IMG/VR virus record: IMGVR_UViG_3300032291_002405
Span: 2,282-66,281 of that record
Strand: one strand, 5' to 3'
From: a virus
Length of the DNA: 64,000 nucleotides
Shown here: in pieces, positions 19,105-28,143 of the stretch
Numbering within the stretch: the stretch's first letter is position 1
How the letters are laid out: the number at the start of each line of letters is the position of its first letter
Notes under the pieces: generated by a model
Told to the model about the DNA's origin: nothing
Databases searched by the model: none
Seen by the model: the letters and a program-made list of their open reading frames with translations, nothing else
Made by a program: the position numbers and the translations under genes

Positions 19105-19812
19105 TTAATTAAGTATTTTTTCTACCAAATCCATATATTTTTCATCAATTTCAATACCAATAAAATCTCTTTCCAATTTTTTTGAGACTAAAGCTGAAGT
19201 ACCTGACCCTAAAAAAGGGTCTAAAACTAAATCGTTTTTTTCCGTTGTTAGTAAGATACAATTTTCAACTAATTTTTGTGGAAATGGCGCAGGATGATTA
19301 CTATTTCTATCAGGGTTTATAGTCCAAACTTCGGATTGGTACTCTTTAGAAATATTTTCTTTAAAAACTTTTGGTTTTGATTTAGTCAACCAATAAATGT
19401 GTTCAGTACATGGTAATAAAACATCTTTCCTAATATTTGGACTAGATAATCGATTCCAAATAATTAACTGATAAACATCTAACTCAGATTTACTGATAAA
19501 ATCAGTAGGTAAATATAACTTATTTTTGTGTCTTCTAGCCTTATGATTAAAAAAAATTGACCCATCAGGTTTTATAATTCTTTTCATTTCGTTCAGAACA
19601 TCAATCATCCATTTATGATAGTCTTCCTCAGATAAATCGTCTCCGTAAGAATCGTAATCAATATTGAACTTTTTCCATACTTGGTTACCAGGTTTAACTT
19701 TACCAATTAATCCTTTTTTATTGTACGGTGGAGATGTAACAATACATGAAATAGTATCTGAAGGTATACCCCTCATCACATCCAAACAATCACCTAATCG
19801 TAAATCAATCAT
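19105..19812 (-). CDS. DNA methyltransferase, beta class (SPPY, N4C-type)
   Basis: VTSPPYN, HPAPFP, DPFLGSGTS. Confidence 0.93.
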   Translation of the reverse strand: MIDLRLGDCLDVMRGIPSDTISCIVTSPPYNKKGLIGKVKPGNQVWKKFNIDYDSYGDDLSEEDYHKWMIDVLNEMKRIIKPDGSIFFNHKARRHKNKLYLPTDFISKSELDVYQLIIWNRLSSPNIRKDVLLPCTEHIYWLTKSKPKVFKENISKEYQSEVWTINPDRNSNHPAPFPQKLVENCILLTTEKNDLVLDPFLGSGTSALVSKKLERDFIGIEIDEKYMDLVEKILN

Positions 19813-19842
19813 AATTAAAATATAATCAAGTTTATTAAAATA

Positions 19843-20586
19843 TCAATTGATGAACAGTTGATAAATTTTTTCAAAGTTGTGGTGAAATTGCAATCCACCC
19901 TGATGATATTGAAGATGTCCGAAAGGAAGTTGAATGGTTGTTCCCCCATTTTTGGTTCCCTTGATAACCTTTTGACCACAACAATTGGAGATGATTTCTT
20001 CAATTTCAAATTTTTGGTCAATGAAATTCTCACCAAGTGAATTCTTGTACCAAAGAACTGACGCCCAATCTTCAGGATTTTTAGCCCATCCTCGTTTGAA
20101 AACAATTTCCGCAATTCGGCAAATGTTATCTTCCATCCAAGAAATGAATTCATTCAAAGAATCCAAATCGTATTTCTCCAAAGTCTCAATTGTCAATGTT
20201 TTTCTCCTGAGTTCAGTTCTTCTAACTTTGGGATTTGGGTGAATATAATCATTGGAGTGAAGAATTTCATCAATAGAGTCATAACCACCAAACAAAAGAA
20301 AGAAAACTTTTTTAACATTTTCAGGAATCTCACCATAAATGGATTCGTAACCTTCAATCCATCTGTTAACTTTATTCATATGAACTTGACCACCAAGTGA
20401 TTTTTTCAAGCTAAGGTTGTATGGTCCATAAATGTCTGATTTTGGAGGAGTTTTGTCGTCAAAAACTGATTCAACTTTTTTCTTAGAAATTGAGAACCCA
20501 AAACCAAGTTCATTACAAATAAACTCCTCATTCAAGTGACCTGTTTTTTTAGCCTTTAACCAACTTTTACTTCTTTTTGATTTCAT
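19843..20586 (-). CDS. putative type II restriction endonuclease (PD-(D/E)XK)
   Basis: GHLNE...KSDI...LSLKK..GQVH pattern; immediately upstream of an MTase. Confidence 0.6.
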   Translation of the reverse strand: MKSKRSKSWLKAKKTGHLNEEFICNELGFGFSISKKKVESVFDDKTPPKSDIYGPYNLSLKKSLGGQVHMNKVNRWIEGYESIYGEIPENVKKVFFLLFGGYDSIDEILHSNDYIHPNPKVRRTELRRKTLTIETLEKYDLDSLNEFISWMEDNICRIAEIVFKRGWAKNPEDWASVLWYKNSLGENFIDQKFEIEEIISNCCGQKVIKGTKNGGTTIQLPFGHLQYHQGGLQFHHNFEKIYQLFIN

Positions 20587-20619
20587 AGTGATACTAAGAT
20601 AAGAATAAATATTTACATT

Positions 20620-20652
20620 AAAAAGAAACCCCCAACTTTTGGTTGGAGGTCG
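20620..20652 (-). terminator. intrinsic terminator
   Basis: Minus strand GACCTCCAAC-CAAAA-GTTGGGGGTT-TCTTTTT. Confidence 0.7.
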
Positions 20653-20687
20653 GACATAGGATACTACCCTATGTGGGGTACAATATT

Positions 20688-20972
20688 TTATTTCAAGAAT
20701 TCTTTAATCAAAATAATCGCTTCTTCCAAATCATTAAAGTCCCTGTCAGGGGCAATTGCAAAATGCCGGTTAACTTTATTATTATCAATGTCAACACATA
20801 AAAATGCTGGAACGAATTCGTTATCATCTACTAACTTAACAAATTCATCATATTCATCTTTATATTCATCAATATCTTTAACTTCATAATCAATATTTTC
20901 AGAATCCAACATTGATTTCATATCCTGACAATGTGGACATCCTTCCATTGAAAATAGATAAACCTTAATCAT
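20688..20972 (-). CDS. glutaredoxin-like protein
   Basis: GCPHC, VP motif. Confidence 0.85.
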   Translation of the reverse strand: MIKVYLFSMEGCPHCQDMKSMLDSENIDYEVKDIDEYKDEYDEFVKLVDDNEFVPAFLCVDIDNNKVNRHFAIAPDRDFNDLEEAIILIKEFLK

Positions 20973-21288
20973 TCATTAACATATTTGTCATTTCTTTTAT
21001 TTGACTTTCATTCAGTAACCCTGTTTTAGTCATGATTTCAACCCCCTCATTAAACACTTTAATTGTTGGTATCGATTTAATACCTAATGATAATACGAAA
21101 TCTCGATTGTTATCGATATCCATTGTATATAGTTGAATTTCAGAGTTATCATCTCTAAAATCTTTGGCGATTTTTTCAAATGTCGGTTTCATAATTCGGC
21201 ATGGTCCACACCATAATCCATGAAAGTCTACAATTAATTTTTCACCATTTTTAATTTTTTCTTTTAATTCTTCAGTTGTTATTTCCAT
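20965..21288 (-). CDS. thioredoxin
   Basis: WCGPC, SIPT. Confidence 0.92.
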   Translation of the reverse strand: MEITTEELKEKIKNGEKLIVDFHGLWCGPCRIMKPTFEKIAKDFRDDNSEIQLYTMDIDNNRDFVLSLGIKSIPTIKVFNEGVEIMTKTGLLNESQIKEMTNMLMND

Positions 21289-21618
21289 TTACTCTTCAAA
21301 TTTGATTTTATGTTTTTTTAATAGTGTTGACGCAATTAAGACCGAATCTTTAGTTTCTGAATTGTATAACAAAAACATTTCATATCCGTCAATACCTGAC
21401 TTTAAATAAATATCATATTCAGGTGTTTTATAATACGCCTCTTGGGTCTTTCCTTCTGAATTCACAATCTCAAAAAAAGGTTTGTTTTTTCCTGTTAATT
21501 CAAATACAGAATCAGTAACAAACCCAAAATCCCATACAGACGGGACCGGTTTTGATTTACCAACACACCACAGGTCGATAACATATTTTGGTAATATAAA
21601 ATTATCATTTAGTTCCAT
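21289..21618 (-). CDS. hypothetical protein
   Basis: 109-aa ORF. Confidence 0.65.
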   Translation of the reverse strand: MELNDNFILPKYVIDLWCVGKSKPVPSVWDFGFVTDSVFELTGKNKPFFEIVNSEGKTQEAYYKTPEYDIYLKSGIDGYEMFLLYNSETKDSVLIASTLLKKHKIKFEE

Positions 21619-21629
21619 GATGTTTAAAA

Positions 21630-21773
21630 TTACCTTCCTTGTCCTCTGTATTTTTTAAAATAATTTTTAGATTTTTTGTTGTTGGATGTTTTTGTTTTAG
21701 AATGAATTCCAGGTCTTATTACTTTAGAACCCGAACCATTTCTTGATGTGTTTGATGATGTTATTTTTGCCAT
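21630..21773 (-). CDS. small basic protein ending KKYRGQGR (47 aa; absent from the ORF track)
   Basis: Translated by hand: MAKITSSNTSRNGSGSKVIRPGIHSKTKTSNNKKSKNYFKKYRGQGR. Confidence 0.75.
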   Translation of the reverse strand: MAKITSSNTSRNGSGSKVIRPGIHSKTKTSNNKKSKNYFKKYRGQGR

Positions 21774-21796
21774 ATGATTAATATAATTATAATATT

Positions 21797-23419
21797 TTAA
21801 AAATCAAATAAATCCATAGATTCTGAAAATATTGATTTATCCCAAGAAACTTCTCCTTCATTTTTTTCGTTGAAAATTACAACCAATTGATTGTTATCAA
21901 TTTTACCGTTTTGGTAATTGGTTTTACAACTAATTGTAAATTCAAGTTTCATTAATTCGTCAACTCTTTTATCTAAAATTTCTAAAGGTGTGTCCCAACT
22001 TGAACATAGATTTCCATTGTATTTACCTAAACTCTGTACTCTGTTTGCAATAATTCGTTTTTGAATATTATCGTATGATAATCTATATTCAATTGTTGCC
22101 CTTATTAATGAATCTTCACTACCTTCTCTAAGTGATACAATGAAACAGTTTGATTTATCGACATACCCTCTTACACAGTTATTTTGTGTCGCACTTTCGT
22201 TTTCATAGTCATAACTATTAATTAAAAGAACCGGAAAATATAAACCACCATCAAAACTATTAATTGATTTATTAATCCCATTATAAAAATGTTGTGGATA
22301 TTGTCTTGTGACCACACCTTTCCGATATGATGATTCCATAACTGACCAAGTCGAATGCTCATTAATAAACTCATCGATATTGGTAGCCTTGAAACTAATA
22401 TTTTCACCTTTTGCCCTTAAAAATTCATAATATCTAAAGTGGTCACTAAATGTATATGGTCCGACTAAACCTTCATATAACCACGTAAAATAATTAAATA
22501 ATGTGTCAGTCTGTTTACTTGACAAATCCGTTGGTAGTACCCCCCAATAATTATTCATAGTCGATGATTCAATAATTGTTCTAATTAAATTTGACCTACG
22601 TAAGCGATTATAACCGAAAATGTCCAACATACTTTTATATCCGTGAATATTCCGTACACTATCACACAAATGTAATTGTTTTTTTACTTCATTACCCGAT
22701 ATTTTATTATGGGTCATAAATGCGTCTATAAATTTATTTTTATGTTTTCTGATAACTTTTAAAGATGGAAAAATATCCGAATACTCTGATGTGATGAAAG
22801 CATTAAAATTGTTTGGAATCTTTACACCTTTATTTGTATAATATTTTATTGATAAATCAATCACAACATCATAGAAGGAATTATGCGATTCACACCCAAT
22901 ATGATTCTTAAATACCTTAAAACATTTATATCTATCAAAATCGTTCGCAGGTATAACAGAAAGAATCGAATTAAATGAATTCATTAAATAATTAGTAGTT
23001 TTAAATGGATTCTTACTAATTCGTTTGACCGATTTGACTTTTCGTTGATATCCTTCAATTGAACCAACGTAAATATCATTAGTTTTTAAATTAAAAGTAA
23101 CATATTTTAGGTTTTTCTTTTCAGAAAAATAAAAATTTCCAGCGTTTCTGTTTTTTATAATATTAAAATATTTTAAAGATACTTTATTATCATATTTTTC
23201 AATAACAATCAAATGTCTATTAACACTAACAGTAGTTAATTTATTTGCAAAATTTTTGACGAATACTTCCTCATCACGATTTTCACCTAAATAAGTAAAT
23301 CTACCATTTTTTCTAGATTTTTTAGATGATGAATATTGTTCACTTATTTCATTTGAATCTCGGTGAAATATAGTACTGTATGTTTTTTTTTCATACCTAA
23401 ATAAAACTTCTTTTTCCAT
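21797..23419 (-). CDS. PcfJ-like domain protein
   Basis: C-terminal ENESATQNNCVRGY...FIVSLR...RATIEY...VQSLGKYN. Confidence 0.75.
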   Translation of the reverse strand: MEKEVLFRYEKKTYSTIFHRDSNEISEQYSSSKKSRKNGRFTYLGENRDEEVFVKNFANKLTTVSVNRHLIVIEKYDNKVSLKYFNIIKNRNAGNFYFSEKKNLKYVTFNLKTNDIYVGSIEGYQRKVKSVKRISKNPFKTTNYLMNSFNSILSVIPANDFDRYKCFKVFKNHIGCESHNSFYDVVIDLSIKYYTNKGVKIPNNFNAFITSEYSDIFPSLKVIRKHKNKFIDAFMTHNKISGNEVKKQLHLCDSVRNIHGYKSMLDIFGYNRLRRSNLIRTIIESSTMNNYWGVLPTDLSSKQTDTLFNYFTWLYEGLVGPYTFSDHFRYYEFLRAKGENISFKATNIDEFINEHSTWSVMESSYRKGVVTRQYPQHFYNGINKSINSFDGGLYFPVLLINSYDYENESATQNNCVRGYVDKSNCFIVSLREGSEDSLIRATIEYRLSYDNIQKRIIANRVQSLGKYNGNLCSSWDTPLEILDKRVDELMKLEFTISCKTNYQNGKIDNNQLVVIFNEKNEGEVSWDKSIFSESMDLFDF

Positions 23420-23697
23420 TAATTCAAGATTATGTCAACAAACTTACCTTTCATTATAAAATTTTCAACCTTTTTTTCTTCAACTTTATCCTTAGTTAAT
23501 ATTAAAACAATATCTATCATTTGTTTTTTAGTTAACTCTAAATCATTACCATTATCGTGATTTTCAATTACTTGTTTTTCAACCAATCCAAAAAAGGCAT
23601 CCCTGTTTATATCCCCAATCAATGACAACAAGTCATTTGGGTTATTTAAAAAGAATTGTTTAAAATTCGATAAATAGATTTGAACATCTACATTCAT
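23419..23697 (-). CDS. hypothetical protein
   Basis: 92 aa; TTGTAA-N17-TATTTTTG directly upstream. Confidence 0.7.
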   Translation of the reverse strand: MNVDVQIYLSNFKQFFLNNPNDLLSLIGDINRDAFFGLVEKQVIENHDNGNDLELTKKQMIDIVLILTKDKVEEKKVENFIMKGKFVDIILN

Positions 23698-23711
23698 AAT
23701 ACAAAAATAAT

Positions 23712-23742
23712 AAAAAAAGGATGTTATTACAACATCCTTTTA
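23712..23742 (-). terminator. intrinsic terminator
   Basis: aaaaggatgtt-attac-aacatcctttt inverted repeat. Confidence 0.7.
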
Positions 23743-23760
23743 AAAATTTTTATTTCAAAA

Positions 23761-25020
23761 TTATCCCCATGTTTTAATTTTACTTGTAATTTCTTCAGGG
23801 ATTTTTAAATTATCACATCCTTTAAAATTAATTAGTTTAAGATTTGTCATATCTTTCACACAATCCGGAAGTTTTGTTAATTTCTTATTATTTGGTAAGG
23901 ACATATATCTCAAATTTGTCAATTGACAAATAGTGTCAGGTATTTCAGATATAAGACCATCGATGTGAATACCTGTCAAACTTTTAAGTCTTCCAATTGA
24001 ATTAGGTAATTTGAAGGCCGTTGTACCAGGTCCCGATATGTCCATTCTAGTAACATCTTCAGGAATTGTTTCAAAGAATTCATCAAAACCATAAAGTGCA
24101 ATAAATTTAGCCGCCGCACTTTTTGGGAATTCAATTTCAATACTTTTACCACCACTCGACTGATTTAATAATCCTGACATAAATTCAGGTTTAAAATATT
24201 CTTTAATTTCATCACCAGCGTTATTTAAAAATTCAATTAAGTCAATCTGACGGTCATCTTTATCCATGAACTGATTAGACGGGAAGTGAAATTGATATCT
24301 TTCACTAGGTAAACCGGTTTCAGATGAAATTGATGATGATTTATCAAATACTTGATACAAAGGACCGTCTTTAATATATCTTTCAAAATATGTCAAACCT
24401 GGCGCAGATGTACACCAACGAGTTTCTTTATTATTACCACCATAGAAACATGCCGCCTCTTTACCCAATTCATCTTGCCTTTCAATTTTAGTAATGACAT
24501 ACTGTGGTGTTTCCATTACAAATTCACCGCCAGGATGGTTATATTTGGCATCTTTTCTTTCAGCCTTAGTGGTTGTCGCCTTTTCTAATGAAAAATTCTT
24601 AACCAAATCGTATAACTCATCAGATGTTAACTTGTTAATATCTCTTTTGTCTTCGGGTAATTGACCCTTAAATCTTTCAAATTTAATTAAATCTTCTTTA
24701 ACTTTATATAAATCTTCAAAAAATAAATCAACTCCTGAGTTTGGTTTTCCAACACCATCAGGACGTAATTTTTTGATTTGATTAATCATCCATTGAACAT
24801 TTCCCCCTGTTTTTTTAACGTCTTTGATGCTTTCAGCATCTTCAGGAACTCTTGATGTTGGGTCATTTTTTATCAATTCAAATAACTCATCGACTGTTAA
24901 TACAGGACTAATCGTTTTACCGGATTTTTTATCCTTAGTTGGTTGTGTAAACTTTTTTAAAAAAAGTTCTGAACGAACATCTTCACTTATAATATTTTTT
25001 AATACTTCCGTAAATTTCAT
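23761..25020 (-). CDS. phage protein with AAC.YG...TRWC domain and C-terminal leucine-rich repeats
   Basis: RDINKL, AACFYGGNNKETRWCTSA; LPNSIGRLKSL / IPDTICQLTNLRYMSL / LPDCVKDMTNLKLINF LRRs. Confidence 0.75.
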   Translation of the reverse strand: MKFTEVLKNIISEDVRSELFLKKFTQPTKDKKSGKTISPVLTVDELFELIKNDPTSRVPEDAESIKDVKKTGGNVQWMINQIKKLRPDGVGKPNSGVDLFFEDLYKVKEDLIKFERFKGQLPEDKRDINKLTSDELYDLVKNFSLEKATTTKAERKDAKYNHPGGEFVMETPQYVITKIERQDELGKEAACFYGGNNKETRWCTSAPGLTYFERYIKDGPLYQVFDKSSSISSETGLPSERYQFHFPSNQFMDKDDRQIDLIEFLNNAGDEIKEYFKPEFMSGLLNQSSGGKSIEIEFPKSAAAKFIALYGFDEFFETIPEDVTRMDISGPGTTAFKLPNSIGRLKSLTGIHIDGLISEIPDTICQLTNLRYMSLPNNKKLTKLPDCVKDMTNLKLINFKGCDNLKIPEEITSKIKTWG

Positions 25021-25063
25021 ATCAATACAAATTTAATAATAAATATCAATAAAGACAAAAAAA

Positions 25064-25915
25064 TTAGTAATTCATTATTAATAATTCTTCACCCATATTT
25101 TGAGTTTTACCTTTAGTCGCCGCAGCCGCCTTTGCAAACAACTTTCTTTCCCATCTATATTCAGTATCAGGAAACCAATCATGTAGTAATTCAAAATCAT
25201 AGTAGGACAACGAGAATTTACCTTGGACATTTTTTAATGTATTTGCCAAACGCTCATGGTCGTCTCGGTCAAAATCATGATTAGAATAATAATTTCCCTC
25301 ACCAACGATGTAGTATGGTGGGTCAACGTAATAGTATGTGTTGGGAGAATCGTATTTTTCAATTATATCACCAAAGTCTTTATTCTCAACAAAATCAATT
25401 CTTTCAAACATTTCTTGCCACTCAGGTTTCCTTAATTTGTTTTTAAATGATGTAAATTTGGAGTGATACTTACCCTTTAAATCAATAAATTTAGATTTAG
25501 AAGGATTTGCGCCCGAAAACACTTGAGTCAATACATATATGTATTTAGCAGCAACTTCATAATTACATTCATCAACTTTAAAGTTTTCAGCAAATATTTC
25601 CAACTGAAATTTGTTAAATTGTTCTTCACAAATTGGGTTTGTTGGAAAAACGTCTTTTTCTTGAACTATGAATTTCTCACATTCTTCGAGTAATCTTTGG
25701 TGATTTTTTAAACATTGGTACATGTTATAATTTAACGGATTAACGTCATTATACACAACAGTCTTTAAATTATTAAAATTTTTGAAATTCATCTTGAAAA
25801 ATGTCCAAAATTGACCACTAAATGGTTCCACATATATTTCAATATCTTTTGGAATATTCGGAACAATTAACTGTGGAGCTATCTTAGACTTTCCACCTAC
25901 ATAGGATACACACAT
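25064..25915 (-). CDS. Dam-like (D12 class) DNA adenine methyltransferase
   Basis: YVGGKS, YVEPFSG, VYNDVN, YVDPPYY. Confidence 0.92.
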   Translation of the reverse strand: MCVSYVGGKSKIAPQLIVPNIPKDIEIYVEPFSGQFWTFFKMNFKNFNNLKTVVYNDVNPLNYNMYQCLKNHQRLLEECEKFIVQEKDVFPTNPICEEQFNKFQLEIFAENFKVDECNYEVAAKYIYVLTQVFSGANPSKSKFIDLKGKYHSKFTSFKNKLRKPEWQEMFERIDFVENKDFGDIIEKYDSPNTYYYVDPPYYIVGEGNYYSNHDFDRDDHERLANTLKNVQGKFSLSYYDFELLHDWFPDTEYRWERKLFAKAAAATKGKTQNMGEELLIMNY

Positions 25916-25916
25916 A

Positions 25917-26075
25917 TTATTTAAATTTTTCTTTTTTTCTTTTTAAGAAATAGTCATCAGATGAACTATATAAAATATTTTTTATTAATTCAACATCTTG
26001 TTTTGAATTTACTTGAACTGAGTAAATGTTTTTCTTTCGACCAATTTTAGTATTTGTTTTTAAACCATTTTTTTT
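25917..26075 (-). pseudogene. start-less remnant of a LAGLIDADG endonuclease C-terminus
   Basis: Open frame without ATG: FKKNGLKTNTKIGRKKNIYSVQVNSKQDVELIKNILYSSSDDYFLKRKKEKFK*; resembles the end of 10276..11076 (IYKNATIYLERKKEKY). Confidence 0.55.
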
Positions 26076-26120
26076 AAAAATACAAAGATAAAAATATTTT
26101 ACAGATAAAAAAAATAATAA

Positions 26121-26786
26121 TCAATTCTTGTGAAAAATAACTTCTTTGGTCTTATGTTTTTGTCCTTGTATTTCAACCAAAGGTTTGAAGTCCATCCAAT
26201 TAGCCTCAGAATTTTCACAGACTATCACTTCACCTTTTCTTTCCATGACCCAATCTTTTAACTGATTGTAGTCAAAATTTTTATTACCATGTTTATAATA
26301 TTTCCCACCATTACCTTGGTATGGTGGGTCAATATACCATGTTGCTTCTTGATTTTGTATTTCTTTATAATCACCTTCAATAATTGTCCAGTGTTTTACT
26401 TTGGTTACATCAATAGATAATCTTTTACGATTTTCTTCGGTCCATGCACAGAATTTACCTGGAGATTTTTTAGGTTGGGCCGAACCAGGATTTAAGAAAA
26501 AACCAATCAAACTTTTTTGGTCCGAACTTAAATGGTTAAACATACTATCATTCAAAGATTGCCCTTTAATCAAAATTGGTAGACCAAGTATTTCATTAGG
26601 TTCAACTGAAATTAAATATCTCCATAATGACGCAATTTTAGCATCTTTTTCAACTAAAATAACATTTTTATCATAATAATTCATTGAGTATGCCGCAGAG
26701 CCTGCGAATGGTTCAATAATCGTATTAAATTGTGGTTTTGGATATTTATCAAATATCTTTTGTTTGCGACCGTAATAATAAAACAT
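26121..26786 (-). CDS. Dam-like DNA adenine methyltransferase
   Basis: YYGRK, IEPFAGSA, YIDPPY. Confidence 0.9.
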   Translation of the reverse strand: MFYYYGRKQKIFDKYPKPQFNTIIEPFAGSAAYSMNYYDKNVILVEKDAKIASLWRYLISVEPNEILGLPILIKGQSLNDSMFNHLSSDQKSLIGFFLNPGSAQPKKSPGKFCAWTEENRKRLSIDVTKVKHWTIIEGDYKEIQNQEATWYIDPPYQGNGGKYYKHGNKNFDYNQLKDWVMERKGEVIVCENSEANWMDFKPLVEIQGQKHKTKEVIFHKN

Positions 26787-26846
26787 AATATTTTTTAATA
26801 AAAAATAGTTAAAATTTTAATAAAGTCAAAAAATTACCAACCCCTA

Positions 26847-27023
26847 TCAAGATTTATGATAACAGTTTTTATAGGGTCTACATGATGCTTTTTGTGTAAA
26901 TCCCATTCTGTTACACGGAGTTGTTTTACAATATGATTTACTATATTTTCTAGGTTTTTTGAAATTTTTATTATTTTTTTCATTTACGTATTCTTTTAGT
27001 ATTTGTAAAATTAAATCAGTCAT
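26847..27023 (-). CDS. small Cys-containing phage protein
   Basis: MTDLILQILKEY...YC...C..MGFTQKASC...C; TATTTAT at 27028-27034. Confidence 0.65.
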   Translation of the reverse strand: MTDLILQILKEYVNEKNNKNFKKPRKYSKSYCKTTPCNRMGFTQKASCRPYKNCYHKS

Positions 27024-27036
27024 AATTATAAATACC

Positions 27037-27174
27037 ATGTCAGAATGTCAAAAATGTAAGAAAAAACCTTTAAATCAATACAAATCATTAGTTACTATTG
27101 TTTCAATTTATTTATTAATAACATCAATAATAGGAACTGTAACGTTATTCAATATTTTACGTAGTTTGTTCTAA
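27037..27174 (+). CDS. small membrane protein with N-terminal CxxC
   Basis: MSECQKCKKK followed by a hydrophobic segment. Confidence 0.55.
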   Translation: MSECQKCKKKPLNQYKSLVTIVSIYLLITSIIGTVTLFNILRSLF

Positions 27175-28143
27175 GATTTTATTAATTTGTTCTATTTGTG
27201 ATTCAGTTAATTTATTCTTTGTAGAATCAATATCGAATTTAATTATCATATCACCCTTACCTTCATGTGTTATATAACCCTTAGTTTTTATCCTAATTGG
27301 TTTTGATGTGTCTAAATTTTGTGGAAATTTTATCTTAATCGGACCTTCAGGATGCTCAATTTGTATATCATTTTTTCTAAAAAAATCTTCAGGTGATAAT
27401 TTTACAGATGTATGTAAATTAATTCCATTTTTTTGAAATTCTCCGTCATTTATCATCCTAACCTGTATTACTAAATCACCATATCCTAAACCATATTGAT
27501 AATCACCAGAATTAGAAACACGTAAAAAATCACCATTATCTACCGATTTTGGTATTTCAATATCGATACTATTCAGATTAATTTTAAATCCGTTTGAATT
27601 ACAGTTAAAACACGGATTAACAATCTCACTACCTTTACCCGAACAACTAGGACATGTTGTGTTCTGAATAAATGTTTGCCCACCCATTCCAAATCTTTGT
27701 TGTATAACACCATGTCCATGACATGTACTACAATTTGACCTATCACCACCGGTTCCCCGACAAATAGAACATTCTTCCTTTCTTTGATAATTAATACTTT
27801 TTTTAGAACCTAAAAATGATTCAATTGGTGTTGTATTAATATTTAATATTTTATCGGGTGCTCTTTGTTTTCTTGGTTGATTAAATGGGTTGAACCCACC
27901 GTTAAACATGTTATATAAATCATTTAAACCACCACCGAATGGATTTTTTCTTTGTGAGTCGTAATTGGATTTTTTGTTGTCATCACTTAAAGTGTCATAA
28001 GCTTCGGCAATTTCTTTAAATTTATCTTCACCGTCTGGGTTTACATCTGGATGAAATTTCTTAGATAATTGTCTATAAGCACTTTTTATTTCATCTTTTG
28101 ATGAATTTTCATTAACACCTAATATTTGATAGTAATCTTTCAT
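27157..28143 (-). CDS. dnaJ: DnaJ chaperone
   Basis: J-domain with HPD, G/F region, CxxCxGxG zinc fingers, C-terminal domain. Confidence 0.93.
   Translation of the reverse strand: MKDYYQILGVNENSSKDEIKSAYRQLSKKFHPDVNPDGEDKFKEIAEAYDTLSDDNKKSNYDSQRKNPFGGGLNDLYNMFNGGFNPFNQPRKQRAPDKILNINTTPIESFLGSKKSINYQRKEECSICRGTGGDRSNCSTCHGHGVIQQRFGMGGQTFIQNTTCPSCSGKGSEIVNPCFNCNSNGFKINLNSIDIEIPKSVDNGDFLRVSNSGDYQYGLGYGDLVIQVRMINDGEFQKNGINLHTSVKLSPEDFFRKNDIQIEHPEGPIKIKFPQNLDTSKPIRIKTKGYITHEGKGDMIIKFDIDSTKNKLTESQIEQINKILEQTT

Noticed and set aside
25917-26123. TGA read-through extending MTase 26121..26786 into the downstream open frame
   Set aside because: The frame match has a one-in-three chance, the MTase is complete at its stop, and a promoter-like element lies in between.
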